Origin: Escherichia coli
Lineage (GTDB): Bacteria > Pseudomonadota > Gammaproteobacteria > Enterobacterales > Enterobacteriaceae
Length of the DNA stretch: 64,000 nucleotides
Assembly: GCF_024298765.1 (NCBI RefSeq)
Contig: NZ_CP101210.1
Strand: one strand, 5' to 3'
This document shows positions 37,917 through 48,580 of this stretch, piece after piece; the stretch's first letter is position 1, and the number at the start of each line of letters is the position of its first letter. The notes beneath the pieces are model-generated. The model was given only the letters and a program-made list of their open reading frames with translations, did not search any database and was not told the DNA's origin. A program made the translations under genes and the position numbers.

Positions 37917-39742
37917 TGAAATTGCAAAAGCAATTACTGGAAGCTGTGGAGCACAAACAGTTACGCCCGCTGGATGTGCAATTTGCCCTGACCGTGGCGG
38001 GAGATGAACATCCTGCCGTCACCCTCGCGGCAGCCCTGTTAAGCCACGACGCCGGGGAAGGGCATGTCTGTTTACCGCTCTCACGACTGGAAAATAACGA
38101 GGCGTCACATCCGCTGTTAGCAACCTGCGTCAGCGAAATCGGTGAGTTACAAAATTGGGAAGAATGCTTGCTGGCTTCACAAGCGGTCAGCCGGGGAGAT
38201 GAACCAACGCCGATGATCCTCTGTGGTGATCGTCTTTATTTGAATCGCATGTGGTGTAACGAGCGCACAGTGGCACGCTTTTTCAACGAAGTGAATCATG
38301 CCATTGAGGTTGATGAAGCTCTACTGGCGCAAACCCTGGACAAACTTTTTCCAGTAAGCGATGAAATTAACTGGCAAAAAGTTGCGGCGGCAGTGGCGCT
38401 GACGCGGCGGATTTCGGTGATTTCCGGCGGTCCTGGCACCGGTAAAACGACCACCGTAGCGAAGTTGCTGGCAGCCTTAATTCAAATGGCCGACGGAGAA
38501 CGCTGCCGTATCCGTCTGGCTGCACCAACGGGTAAAGCTGCCGCGCGCTTAACCGAATCTCTCGGCAAGGCTTTGCGACAATTACCGCTGACCGATGAAC
38601 AAAAGAAACGCATTCCGGAAGATGCCAGCACTTTGCACCGATTGCTGGGTGCGCAGCCGGGTAGCCAGCGTTTACGTCATCATGCCGGTAACCCGCTGCA
38701 TCTTGATGTGCTGGTGGTAGATGAAGCGTCAATGATCGATCTGCCTATGATGTCGAGACTGATCGACGCCTTGCCCGATCATGCGCGAGTGATCTTTCTC
38801 GGCGATCGTGATCAACTGGCCTCGGTTGAGGCTGGGGCTGTGCTGGGCGATATCTGCGCTTATGCCAACGCGGGCTTTACCGCCGAGCGTGCCGGGCAGT
38901 TGAGCCGCCTGACGGGAAGCCACGTTCCAGCAGGAACTGGCACAGAAGCGGCATCTTTGCGCGACAGCCTCTGCCTGCTGCAAAAAAGCTATCGTTTCGG
39001 CAGCGATTCTGGCATTGGTCAGTTAGCTGCGGCGATTAACCGTGGTGATAAAACGGTAGTGAAAACCGTTTTTCAGCAGGATTTTACTGATATCGAAAAA
39101 CGACTTTTACAGAGCGGCGAAGATTATATTGCGATGCTTGAGGAAGCTCTTGCGGGTTACGGACGTTATCTGGATCTGTTGCAAGCGCGTGCCGAGCCGG
39201 ATTTAATCATTCAGGCGTTCAATGAGTACCAGCTTTTGTGCGCCCTGCGGGAAGGGCCGTTTGGCGTGGCTGGACTGAATGAGCGAATTGAGCAGTTTAT
39301 GCAACAGAAGCGCAAAATTCATCGTCATCCGCACTCTCGTTGGTACGAAGGCCGACCGGTGATGATTGCCCGTAATGACAGCGCGCTTGGGTTGTTTAAT
39401 GGCGATATTGGTATTGCGCTGGATCGCGGGCAGGGGACGCGCGTCTGGTTTGCGATGCCGGACGGCAATATTAAGTCTGTGCAACCGAGTCGCCTGCCAG
39501 AGCACGAAACGACGTGGGCGATGACGGTACATAAATCGCAGGGATCGGAGTTCGACCATGCGGCGTTGATTTTACCGAGTCAACGCACGCCGGTAGTAAC
39601 GCGAGAGCTGGTTTACACCGCAGTGACCCGCGCGCGTCGCCGTCTGTCGCTGTATGCCGATGAGCGCATATTAAGTGCGGCAATCGCCACTCGTACTGAG
39701 CGGCGCAGTGGTCTGGCGGCGTTGTTTAGTTCGCGGGAATAA
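37916..39742 (+). CDS. recD: Exodeoxyribonuclease V alpha subunit
   Basis: 608-aa ORF with Walker A (GGPGTGKTT); start overlaps the recB stop. Confidence 0.95.
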   Translation: MKLQKQLLEAVEHKQLRPLDVQFALTVAGDEHPAVTLAAALLSHDAGEGHVCLPLSRLENNEASHPLLATCVSEIGELQNWEECLLASQAVSRGDEPTPMILCGDRLYLNRMWCNERTVARFFNEVNHAIEVDEALLAQTLDKLFPVSDEINWQKVAAAVALTRRISVISGGPGTGKTTTVAKLLAALIQMADGERCRIRLAAPTGKAAARLTESLGKALRQLPLTDEQKKRIPEDASTLHRLLGAQPGSQRLRHHAGNPLHLDVLVVDEASMIDLPMMSRLIDALPDHARVIFLGDRDQLASVEAGAVLGDICAYANAGFTAERAGQLSRLTGSHVPAGTGTEAASLRDSLCLLQKSYRFGSDSGIGQLAAAINRGDKTVVKTVFQQDFTDIEKRLLQSGEDYIAMLEEALAGYGRYLDLLQARAEPDLIIQAFNEYQLLCALREGPFGVAGLNERIEQFMQQKRKIHRHPHSRWYEGRPVMIARNDSALGLFNGDIGIALDRGQGTRVWFAMPDGNIKSVQPSRLPEHETTWAMTVHKSQGSEFDHAALILPSQRTPVVTRELVYTAVTRARRRLSLYADERILSAAIATRTERRSGLAALFSSRE

Positions 39743-39746
39743 ACGT

Positions 39747-40012
<266 letters not shown>

Positions 40013-41542
40013 ACGCTGGTAGTTGTACAACTGCTTTTTGCTCTCGGGTAGTAAATCAATATCCACCGGGGTAAATCCACGTTCCTGGAACCAGTGAATA
40101 CTGCGCGTGGTCAGCACAAACAATTTGCTTAAGCCGCTCTGCTTCGCCTGAGCGGCAATGCGTTCCAGCAGAACCTCGCCCCGTGATGAACTGCGGTAAT
40201 CCGGGTGAACTGCCACACAGGCCATTTCCCCAATCTTCTCTTCCGGGAACGGATAGAGCGCGGCGCAGGCAATAGTCGTGTTATCGCGCTGAATAATGGT
40301 GAATTTGTCGATTTCCATCTCCAGCTGCTCGCGAGAACGGCGTACCAGAATACCTTGCTGCTCCAGCGGGCGAATCAACTCCAGAATACCGCCAATATCG
40401 TTGATTGTTGCGCGACGAATCTGCTCGGCGCTTTCCATCACAATCTGCGTACCGATACCGTCGCGTGAGAACAACTCTTGCAATAGCGCGCCATCTTCCT
40501 GATAACTGATTAAATGACAGCGACGCACGCCGCTGCGGCAGGCTTTCACTGCGCCACGCAAAAAGCGCACCGTACCGGAGTTGTAATCACCTTTCTCTTC
40601 CTGGGCTTCTACCCGTGCTTGCGCTTCGTTAGGGAAAAGTTCGGAGACAATATCACCGTCGTCATTAGTGACGCCCTGGGAAGAGCAAAAACCAATCATC
40701 TTTTCAGCTTTCAGTTTGATGGCCAGTTGAGTGGCAATCTCTTCCGAGGTCAGATTAAAGCTCTCGCCAGTGACTGAAACAGCGACCGGCCCCATTAGCA
40801 CTATTGCACCGCTGTCCAGTTGACGATGGATCGCGTCTTCATCAATCCGCCGGATACGCCCGCTATGGCAGTAATCCACGCCGTCATCGACGCCCAGCGG
40901 CTGGGCGATAATAAAATTGCCACTGACGACGTTGATATGCGCGCCCTGTAGCGGCGTGTTATTGAGACTCATCGACAGGCGAGCAGTAATATCCAGTTGC
41001 AATGTTCCCGCAGCCTGCTTCACCAGTTCCAGTGTTTTGGCGTCGGTCACACGTATATTCTTGTGATACAGCGGTTCGTGGTGATGCGCAGCCAGATTTG
41101 CGTCGATCTGCGGACGTGCGCCATAGACCACCACCAGACGGATGCCGAGGCTGTGCAACAACCCGATATCATTAACGATACTGGAGAAATTCTCATGCTC
41201 AATGGCTTCACCGCCGAGCATGATGACAAATGTTTTTCCCCGGTGGGTATTGATATAGGGAACCGAATGGCGGAATCCCTCGACCAGCTCGGTTTTACGT
41301 TCCTTTACCACGGTACACCTCTTTGCATGATTATTCGAAATTATTGTATTTTTATTCTGTTTTTTCGCAGGGTGCAAGTGTAAATTTTATGCGGGAGAGA
41401 GTTTTTTATCAGTAATACCGTGAATATAAAAAGAATGTTTACCGTTTTATAGATGACAGATTATGCGTCTTTCGCTAAAGTTTCCGGTCAAATTGGTCGT
41501 TTACTTGTTACACAGCTTAGATTTCTTTTGCTCGGGAGAGGC

Positions 41543-42796
41543 ATGTCAGGATCCAACACTGCAATCAGCCGTCGTCGTTTACTGCAAGGCGCGGGTGCCA
41601 TGTGGCTATTGAGCGTAAGTCAGGTCAGCCTGGCTGCGGTCAGCCAGGTCGTGGCGGTGCGCGTCTGGCCTGCGTCCAGCTACACCCGCGTGACGGTAGA
41701 ATCAAATCGTCAGCTGAAATATAAGCAGTTCGCGTTGAGTAACCCGGAACGCGTGGTGGTGGATATCGAAGATGTAAACCTGAACTCGGTACTCAAGGGG
41801 ATGGCGGCACAAATTCGTGCAGACGACCCGTTCATCAAGTCGGCGCGCGTCGGGCAATTTGACCCGCAAACCGTACGCATGGTTTTTGAATTAAAGCAAA
41901 ACGTAAAACCGCAGCTGTTTGCCCTTGCGCCGGTCGCCGGGTTTAAAGAGCGTCTGGTGATGGACCTCTATCCGGCCAATGCACAGGATATGCAGGACCC
42001 GCTGCTGGCGCTGCTGGAGGATTACAACAAAGGCGACCTCGAAAAGCAGGTGCCGCCAGCGCAAAGTGGTCCACAACCAGGTAAAGCAGGGCGCGATCGT
42101 CCGATTGTCATTATGCTTGACCCTGGCCACGGTGGCGAAGACTCCGGTGCGGTGGGGAAATACAAAACGCGCGAAAAAGACGTGGTATTGCAAATAGCTC
42201 GCCGTCTGCGCTCTCTGATCGAGAAAGAGGGCAATATGAAGGTGTACATGACGCGCAATGAAGACATCTTCATTCCGTTGCAAGTGCGCGTAGCAAAAGC
42301 CCAGAAACAGCGTGCCGACCTGTTTGTCTCTATCCATGCCGACGCCTTTACCAGTCGTCAGCCGAGCGGTTCCTCTGTGTTTGCGCTCTCAACCAAAGGT
42401 GCAACCAGTACTGCGGCAAAATATCTGGCACAAACCCAGAACGCCTCGGACTTGATTGGTGGCGTGAGCAAAAGCGGTGACCGCTATGTCGACCACACCA
42501 TGTTCGATATGGTGCAGTCGCTGACCATTGCCGACAGCCTGAAGTTTGGTAAAGCGGTGCTGAATAAGCTCGGTAAAATCAACAAGCTGCATAAAAATCA
42601 GGTTGAACAAGCCGGGTTTGCCGTGCTGAAAGCGCCTGATATACCCTCCATTTTGGTCGAAACGGCGTTTATCAGTAACGTTGAGGAAGAACGTAAACTG
42701 AAAACGGCAACCTTCCAGCAGGAAGTTGCGGAATCAATCCTCGCAGGGATAAAGGCGTATTTTGCCGATGGGGCGACGCTGGCGAGAAGGGGATAA
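41543..42796 (+). CDS. amiC: N-acetylmuramoyl-L-alanine amidase, Tat-exported (start at internal ATG 41543)
   Basis: 417-aa product [20 protein letters not shown]... with twin-arginine signal, AMIN and Amidase_3 regions. Confidence 0.9.
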
Positions 42797-42969
42797 TGTT
42801 TTTATTTATTCAATGAATTTATATTTCGTTGAATAGATAATATTTACCTGAATATTAGACGTTGGTTTTGTGACTGATGTCGAATATTTGAATGTCGGCT
42901 TGAAAAATAAGCCGACCATCTCTTTAATTAAGCACAATTCCGTGTAATGTATATGCATTAGTTAATCAT

Positions 42970-43042
42970 CTTGTAACTGTTAAATCAGGCAAGGCAATGT
43001 TTGAAGTAGTTATTACTTCTGACGTGCCTTGCCTTTTTTTTT
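42970..43042 (+). promoter_or_regulatory. RAT-like element overlapping a leader terminator (BglG/LicT-type antitermination attenuator)
   Basis: CTGTTAAATCAGGCAAGGCAATG resembles the RAT motif; GGCAAGGCA (42988-42996) pairs with TGCCTTGCC (43025-43033), followed by nine T residues (43034-43042). Confidence 0.6.
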
Positions 43043-43053
43043 GGAGCTATGGA

Positions 43054-43878
43054 ATGATCATCGAAAAAGTCATGAACAATAATTGTGTACAGGCATCGAT
43101 GAATGGACAGGAGGTTATCATTTCTGGGCCTGGCGTCGGTTACAACAAAAAATATGGAATGTCGGTCCCTGAGCATCCGGCTAACCGGATTTTTTATGTC
43201 AGAAATGAACAAAAAAATAAACTCTACAAATTGATTGAGCATGTGGATATCGAGTATGTTTTTGTTGCCGAAAAAATAGTGCAATATGCGGAGAACAATC
43301 TCGAAAAAAATCTCAATCCATCGCTACTATTGATTCTTGCTGATCATATTTCGAATGCAATATCCCGAGTCGCTTCAGGCATACAAATTAATAATGTTTT
43401 CCTTGATGAAATCAAAGCGTTGTACAAAGCAGAGTATGCGATAAGTCGCGATGCATTAACTATCATTAATGAGCAATTCAGCGTTCAACTTCCTGATGAT
43501 GAGATTGGTTTTATAGCATTGCATATCTTAAATAATTATGAAAATTCAGTTGATTATGAATCAGTACGGATTATTGAGTTGTCGCAAATAATCACGGGGC
43601 TTATTGAAGTTGTTTATAACAGAAAGGTGGACAGAAGTTCATTTAATTATTCCAGGTTCATGATACACCTTAAATATTTTTCAAGTCGCGTATTATGCAA
43701 TGAAAAAATAAAACAGAAAGATATTGGTGATCTCTATGAACAGTTTCTTGAGAAAGACATTCTGTTACAGCGCGCAATTCATGAAATTGAAAGGTATTTG
43801 TACGCCACTTTTAAATATGAATTGATTTTGGAAGAAAAACTATATCTCTCTATTCGCACCAAAGTATTAATGGACTAA
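43054..43878 (+). CDS. BglG/LicT/SacY-family transcriptional antiterminator (CAT RNA-binding domain plus PRD domains); real start is the internal ATG at 43054
   Basis: MIIEKVMNNNCVQASMNGQEVIISGPGVGYNKK matches the CAT domain N-terminus; GGAG 7 nt upstream of the ATG; the track's upstream start lies inside the terminator hairpin. Confidence 0.8.
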   Translation: MIIEKVMNNNCVQASMNGQEVIISGPGVGYNKKYGMSVPEHPANRIFYVRNEQKNKLYKLIEHVDIEYVFVAEKIVQYAENNLEKNLNPSLLLILADHISNAISRVASGIQINNVFLDEIKALYKAEYAISRDALTIINEQFSVQLPDDEIGFIALHILNNYENSVDYESVRIIELSQIITGLIEVVYNRKVDRSSFNYSRFMIHLKYFSSRVLCNEKIKQKDIGDLYEQFLEKDILLQRAIHEIERYLYATFKYELILEEKLYLSIRTKVLMD

Positions 43879-43909
43879 TTATATATAACATTTATATGAG
43901 ATAACCCGC

Positions 43910-45490
43910 ATGAAACAAAAGAAAGCCTGGAGTTTTTTTCAGAGCCTGGGAAAGGCATTTATGTATCCCATCGCTCTGCTAAGTGTATGTGGCATGATGT
44001 TAGGGCTAGGAAGTGGTTTAGCCAGCGATGATATGGCAAAATTAATTCCACTACTGGCTATTCCCGTAATTAAAACCATTCTTGATTTTATTGTTAGCCT
44101 TGGTTTGTTTGCCTTTGTCAATTTACCTGTATTGTTTGCGATAGCTATACCTCTGGGGTTATTAAAAGAGAAAGAGGATAAAGCCTATGGCGCTTTTTCT
44201 GGCTTAATTGGTTTCATGGCGATGCATCTGGGAACGAACTTTTATCTTAAACAACATGACTTATTGGTCGCTGCTGATCAAATGTCGACACATGGGCAAA
44301 CCATTATTCTGGGAATCCAGTCCTACAATACCAGTGTGTTGGGTGGGATTATAGCAGGATTATTAGTCGCCAGTATGTATAAAAAGATCGTTAACTTACG
44401 TATTCCTGAATCATTAGGATTTTATAGTGGTCCACGCCTGGTGCCTATTATTACACTGATTGTGATGAGTGGATTTGGTCTGATCATCCCTTTTATCTGG
44501 CCGCCATTTTTCAATCTTTTCATGCTCATTGGCCACTGGATTTCAACTTCCGGTCCTGTTGGCTATTTTTTCTATGCAGTCGCCGAACGCGTGACGATAC
44601 CTTTTGGTTTAAATCACCTGGTGACGTCAGTTTTCCGCTTTACCCCCATCGGCGGATCGGCAGTGATCGGCGGCGAAGAGTATTATGGCACCCTGAACAT
44701 GTTTATGGCGTACGTCAAAGAGAATGCGGTCATTCCGCTGGATTTGGCGGGGAAAATGGAACAGGGCAAACTGATGATTCAGTATGGTCTGGCTGGTGCC
44801 GCGCTGGCGATGTATCGCACTGCTCATGCTCAAAACAGAAAAGCTATCAAAGCATTGCTTATTTCCGGGGTGCTTACAGTCATTATTGGCGGCGTCAGCG
44901 AACCGATTGAGTTTCTGTTCTTATTTGTCAGTCCACTGCTATTTGTCTTCCATGCTTTTATGAATGGCTTCGCCAACATGGTCTTGCCATATATGGGCGT
45001 GAAGATGGGATTTACTGGCGATCTGATTCAATTTATTAGCTTTGGCGTATTGCGTGGCACAAGAACAGGTTGGCCAATAGCGATGTGTGTCGAAGTGGCC
45101 TATTTCTTTATTTATTACTTTGTGTTCCGTTGGACTATTCTCAAATTTAACCTGATGACGGTAGGCCGTGAAGAGTCCAGTCCTGTCACGCTGAACGCTC
45201 ATGAGGATACGGCTATAGCGGATATCCCAACGCTTGATAAATCAGAGCTGCAAGCAGCGGAGCAGATGGTTAAGGCACTTGGTGGTAAAGAGAATATTAA
45301 ATCCCTGGATAATTGCGTAACTCGTTTACGTTTAACAATCGCAGATATGGGATTGATTGACGAGGCAGCAATAAAAAGAGCTGGCGGAATTGCGGTTGTT
45401 AAACTTGATCAAAATACCCTACAAGTCATTATCGGTACTAAAGTCATCGCCTTGCGTCGGGATATGGATAACTACATGGGGATATGCTGA
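43910..45490 (+). CDS. PTS EIICB component of the glucose/maltose/N-acetylglucosamine family
   Basis: 526-aa ORF, polytopic EIIC body followed by an EIIB domain carrying the phospho-cysteine motif (NCVTRLRL). Confidence 0.85.
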   Translation: MKQKKAWSFFQSLGKAFMYPIALLSVCGMMLGLGSGLASDDMAKLIPLLAIPVIKTILDFIVSLGLFAFVNLPVLFAIAIPLGLLKEKEDKAYGAFSGLIGFMAMHLGTNFYLKQHDLLVAADQMSTHGQTIILGIQSYNTSVLGGIIAGLLVASMYKKIVNLRIPESLGFYSGPRLVPIITLIVMSGFGLIIPFIWPPFFNLFMLIGHWISTSGPVGYFFYAVAERVTIPFGLNHLVTSVFRFTPIGGSAVIGGEEYYGTLNMFMAYVKENAVIPLDLAGKMEQGKLMIQYGLAGAALAMYRTAHAQNRKAIKALLISGVLTVIIGGVSEPIEFLFLFVSPLLFVFHAFMNGFANMVLPYMGVKMGFTGDLIQFISFGVLRGTRTGWPIAMCVEVAYFFIYYFVFRWTILKFNLMTVGREESSPVTLNAHEDTAIADIPTLDKSELQAAEQMVKALGGKENIKSLDNCVTRLRLTIADMGLIDEAAIKRAGGIAVVKLDQNTLQVIIGTKVIALRRDMDNYMGIC

Positions 45491-46665
45491 TGGATGTTTT
45501 TAATACTCCTATTTCCCGCAAAGGAACATATTGTACCCAATGGGACTTTTGCGAGGACAGATTTGGTGTAAAAGATGTATTACCATTCTCTATTTCAGAT
45601 ATGGATCTTCCGATACCGGAAGCTATCATCAGGGCATTAAGAAAACGTCTGGAACACCCGATTTTAGGGTACAGCCGTTGGCAGCATGATGACTATCTGA
45701 ATGCGATAGTCAATTGGTATCATCAACAATATAAAACTGAAATCAAACCAGAATGGATAACCTATAGCCCAAGCGTGATGTACTCCATTGCTAAAGCAAT
45801 AGAGTTATTGACATCGCATGGTGATAATATTCTCGTTTTTACACCTGTCTATAATGCATTTTTTGATATAATTAAACATAGTGAGAGAAATATTCTGACA
45901 GCCTCTTTGATTATAAAAAATGAGGGGGGCTACGCTATCAATTGGCAAGATTTTGATCTTAAGATTCAAAGCGCAAAGATGGTGTTATTATGTAATCCTC
46001 ATAACCCGACAGGAACCGTCTGGTCGGAAGAAGATCTGCATAAAATCGCTGCAAGCTGTGCAAGACATAATGTCTGGTTATGTTCAGATGAAATTCACAG
46101 TGATTTTGTTTTTAATCGTAGCTTTACATCTGCGCTTAAAATAAAAAAAGAAAAAGTAGTGGTGTTTAATTCGATATCGAAGACATTTAATGTTCCTGCG
46201 CTAACAGGATCGTATATGATTTCAACTGACGATAATTTTAATCATAAGTTCAGAACGATATCAAGATATCGCGATTTTGTAAACTCCCCATCCGTACTGA
46301 ATATAATTGCAACTATTATTGCCTATAACGAATGTGAGGGATGGTTAAAGTCATTAAAGGCACATATTGCCTCTAACATTCAATTCACCCAGCAGTATCT
46401 GAACGAAAATACTCCAGAATTGATCGTAAGGCCAGCTGATGGTTGCTATTTTTCGTGGATAGATTGCTCTGCTATTGGTTATTCCTTTGATGAATTCTAC
46501 AGTCGATTAATTCATGAAGGCAAAGTGGGCATTATGGCGGGGAATGTCTATGGAACGGAGGGGGAGGGCTACCTTCGTCTGAACCTGGCCTGCGGTCGAG
46601 AAAAATTATATATGGGGCTTACGCGTCTTGCGAGTGTAATTAAAAATATTAATCAAGGAAAATAA
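45484..46665 (+). CDS. PLP-dependent C-S lyase / aminotransferase of the MalY/PatB type
   Basis: 393-aa ORF with class-I aminotransferase PLP-lysine motif (FNSISKTFN); overlaps the PTS gene stop by 7 nt. Confidence 0.75.
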   Translation: MLMDVFNTPISRKGTYCTQWDFCEDRFGVKDVLPFSISDMDLPIPEAIIRALRKRLEHPILGYSRWQHDDYLNAIVNWYHQQYKTEIKPEWITYSPSVMYSIAKAIELLTSHGDNILVFTPVYNAFFDIIKHSERNILTASLIIKNEGGYAINWQDFDLKIQSAKMVLLCNPHNPTGTVWSEEDLHKIAASCARHNVWLCSDEIHSDFVFNRSFTSALKIKKEKVVVFNSISKTFNVPALTGSYMISTDDNFNHKFRTISRYRDFVNSPSVLNIIATIIAYNECEGWLKSLKAHIASNIQFTQQYLNENTPELIVRPADGCYFSWIDCSAIGYSFDEFYSRLIHEGKVGIMAGNVYGTEGEGYLRLNLACGREKLYMGLTRLASVIKNINQGK

Positions 46666-46667
46666 AA

Positions 46668-47264
46668 ATGAACAGTACGGATCTTATCCATCTCATTAAA
46701 CATTTTATGCGTAACGAACATAAAGCAGTTGAAGAAGTTATTGATTCCCCCCTTTCGGAGGTCGCAAATTTAATTAAAGTATTACAGTCTTGTCAGGGGA
46801 AAGTTGTTTTTATTGGTGTCGGTAAGTCCGGTATTATTGCCCGAAAACTCGCCGCAACATTTGCCAGCACTGGAACTCCCTCGTTTTTTGTTCACGGTAC
46901 TGAAGCCGTACACGGCGATCTTGGGATGGTGGCGAAAGATGATGTTGTTATTCTTATTTCAAACAGTGGTGAGACGACAGAAATCCTGGCAACACTACCT
47001 AGTCTGAAAAAAATGGGTAATTATTTGATCTCCTTTACCCGCAGTCATCGCTCATCGCTTGCGATAAGTTGTGATTTATCCGTTGAAATTCCCGTAAAAA
47101 GTGAGGCGGATAATTTAGGTTTAGCGCCGTCATGCTCATCAACAGTCGTTCTGGTTGTTGGTGATGCGGTGGCGCTTGCGCTCTCCGAATTGAAAAAGTT
47201 TACTCGTGCTGATTTCGGCTTATATCATCCAGGAGGTGCGCTCGGTATTAAAGCAAACTCATAA
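46668..47264 (+). CDS. SIS-domain sugar-phosphate isomerase (KdsD/GutQ-like SIS module without CBS domains)
   Basis: 198-aa ORF; GVGKSGIIARKLAATFASTGTPSFFVHGTEAVHGDLGMV and YHPGGALG resemble arabinose-5-phosphate isomerase SIS motifs. Confidence 0.7.
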   Translation: MNSTDLIHLIKHFMRNEHKAVEEVIDSPLSEVANLIKVLQSCQGKVVFIGVGKSGIIARKLAATFASTGTPSFFVHGTEAVHGDLGMVAKDDVVILISNSGETTEILATLPSLKKMGNYLISFTRSHRSSLAISCDLSVEIPVKSEADNLGLAPSCSSTVVLVVGDAVALALSELKKFTRADFGLYHPGGALGIKANS

Positions 47265-47325
47265 TTTTAGAATATAAAACAGTAACCGGTCACGCCATCT
47301 TTTGGGGTGGCGTTCATTGATGTGA

Positions 47326-48282
47326 GTGTCAGCTATGAAAAACGTTCTGGTCACCGTTCCCAGCTTTTCAGCGCGTTGTGTTTCTGCCAGCAAGCTGCTA
47401 AGAGAAAATCATTTTAACCTTATTATCAAGAATAATGTGGAGCATCTGGTTAAATCAGAATCCACAGTATTACGAGAATCTATTTGCGCAGTCATTGCCG
47501 GAAAAGATTGTTATCAAGCGGATACGTTATCGCGACTACCAGGAGTGAAAATAATATCGAGATTCGGGACAGGGATTGATAATATTGATCTTCATACGGC
47601 TCGACAATCAGGTATTGTGGTCAATAATGCTGTTGGGATTAATTCAAATGCAGTCGCGGAATTTATCATCGGTCTTATTTTTGCGAGCATGAGAAATATC
47701 CCCGGTAGCTATCATGCAATGCAAAATGGTTATTGGGGCGAGTCGCATGGCTGCGAGTTACAAGGTAAACGTATTGGCCTGCTTGGCTACGGCAATATTG
47801 GCAAAACACTGGCGAAAAGGTTATCTGGTTTTGATGTTGAGCTTTTAGCTTTTGACAAACAACCCGATTTCCAGGCCGCAGGCAAAGATGGAGTTCAGTT
47901 CGTATCAATTGAAGATATCTTTATGCAGTCTCATGTCATCATCGTTCTTTTGCCATTTTCTCCGGAGCTGGAGAACTTCATTAGTCATAAATATTTGTCG
48001 ATGATGCGCAATGGTGCTCTTATCATCAACGCCGCAAGGGGAAAGTTGCTGGATGAGGGTGCTTTACTTCAGGTAATTGAAGAACGAAATGTTTTTGCAG
48101 CGCTGGATGTGTTTAGCTCTGAACCGCTAGCGCAATTTAGCCCATTGCTACATGCCAGGAATATCATTACAACGCCGCATATTGCGGCCGCCACCGTTGA
48201 GTCATACCAGCAAACCGGGATATACGTTGCCAGGTCGATAATAGATTTCTTTGCAGGAAGGGAGATAAAAAACGTGCTGTGA
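47326..48282 (+). CDS. NAD-dependent D-isomer-specific 2-hydroxyacid dehydrogenase
   Basis: 318-aa ORF; dinucleotide fold GLLGYGNIGKTLAKRL, catalytic region (INAARG ... TPHIAAAT). Confidence 0.8.
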   Translation: MSAMKNVLVTVPSFSARCVSASKLLRENHFNLIIKNNVEHLVKSESTVLRESICAVIAGKDCYQADTLSRLPGVKIISRFGTGIDNIDLHTARQSGIVVNNAVGINSNAVAEFIIGLIFASMRNIPGSYHAMQNGYWGESHGCELQGKRIGLLGYGNIGKTLAKRLSGFDVELLAFDKQPDFQAAGKDGVQFVSIEDIFMQSHVIIVLLPFSPELENFISHKYLSMMRNGALIINAARGKLLDEGALLQVIEERNVFAALDVFSSEPLAQFSPLLHARNIITTPHIAAATVESYQQTGIYVARSIIDFFAGREIKNVL

Positions 48283-48313
48283 GTTCAGCTAAGGAAGATT
48301 TCAGGTACAAAAA

Positions 48314-48342
48314 AACCGCAATTTGTGAAACACATTGCGGTT
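48314..48342. terminator. Hairpin between convergent dehydrogenase gene and T6SS genes, possibly bidirectional
   Basis: AACCGCAAT-loop-ATTGCGGTT inverted repeat, A-run on the 5' side and short T-run on the 3' side. Confidence 0.5.
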
Positions 48343-48580
48343 TATCAGCATCATAGGTGTTGGTTGCGGGGGCCACAGTCAAGAGGTTAATCCAACCTTT
48401 TGAAACTTAAGACATTCACTGTTCCCGAACCCAAGCTATCTACCGAAATATACACTCATTATCTGATGTGAATCAACGAGTAGATCGAATGGCCTGTTCC
48501 TCTCTTTTTTGTACACAGAGACTCCTTTTAAAAAATGGCAAGGGCACATATCCCTTATTGGTACATAAATCCCCCGATGT

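Noticed and set aside
42985-43284. 99-aa minus-strand ORF opposite the antiterminator gene
   Set aside because: Antisense to a well-supported CAT/PRD antiterminator CDS and overlapping its leader terminator; likely spurious.
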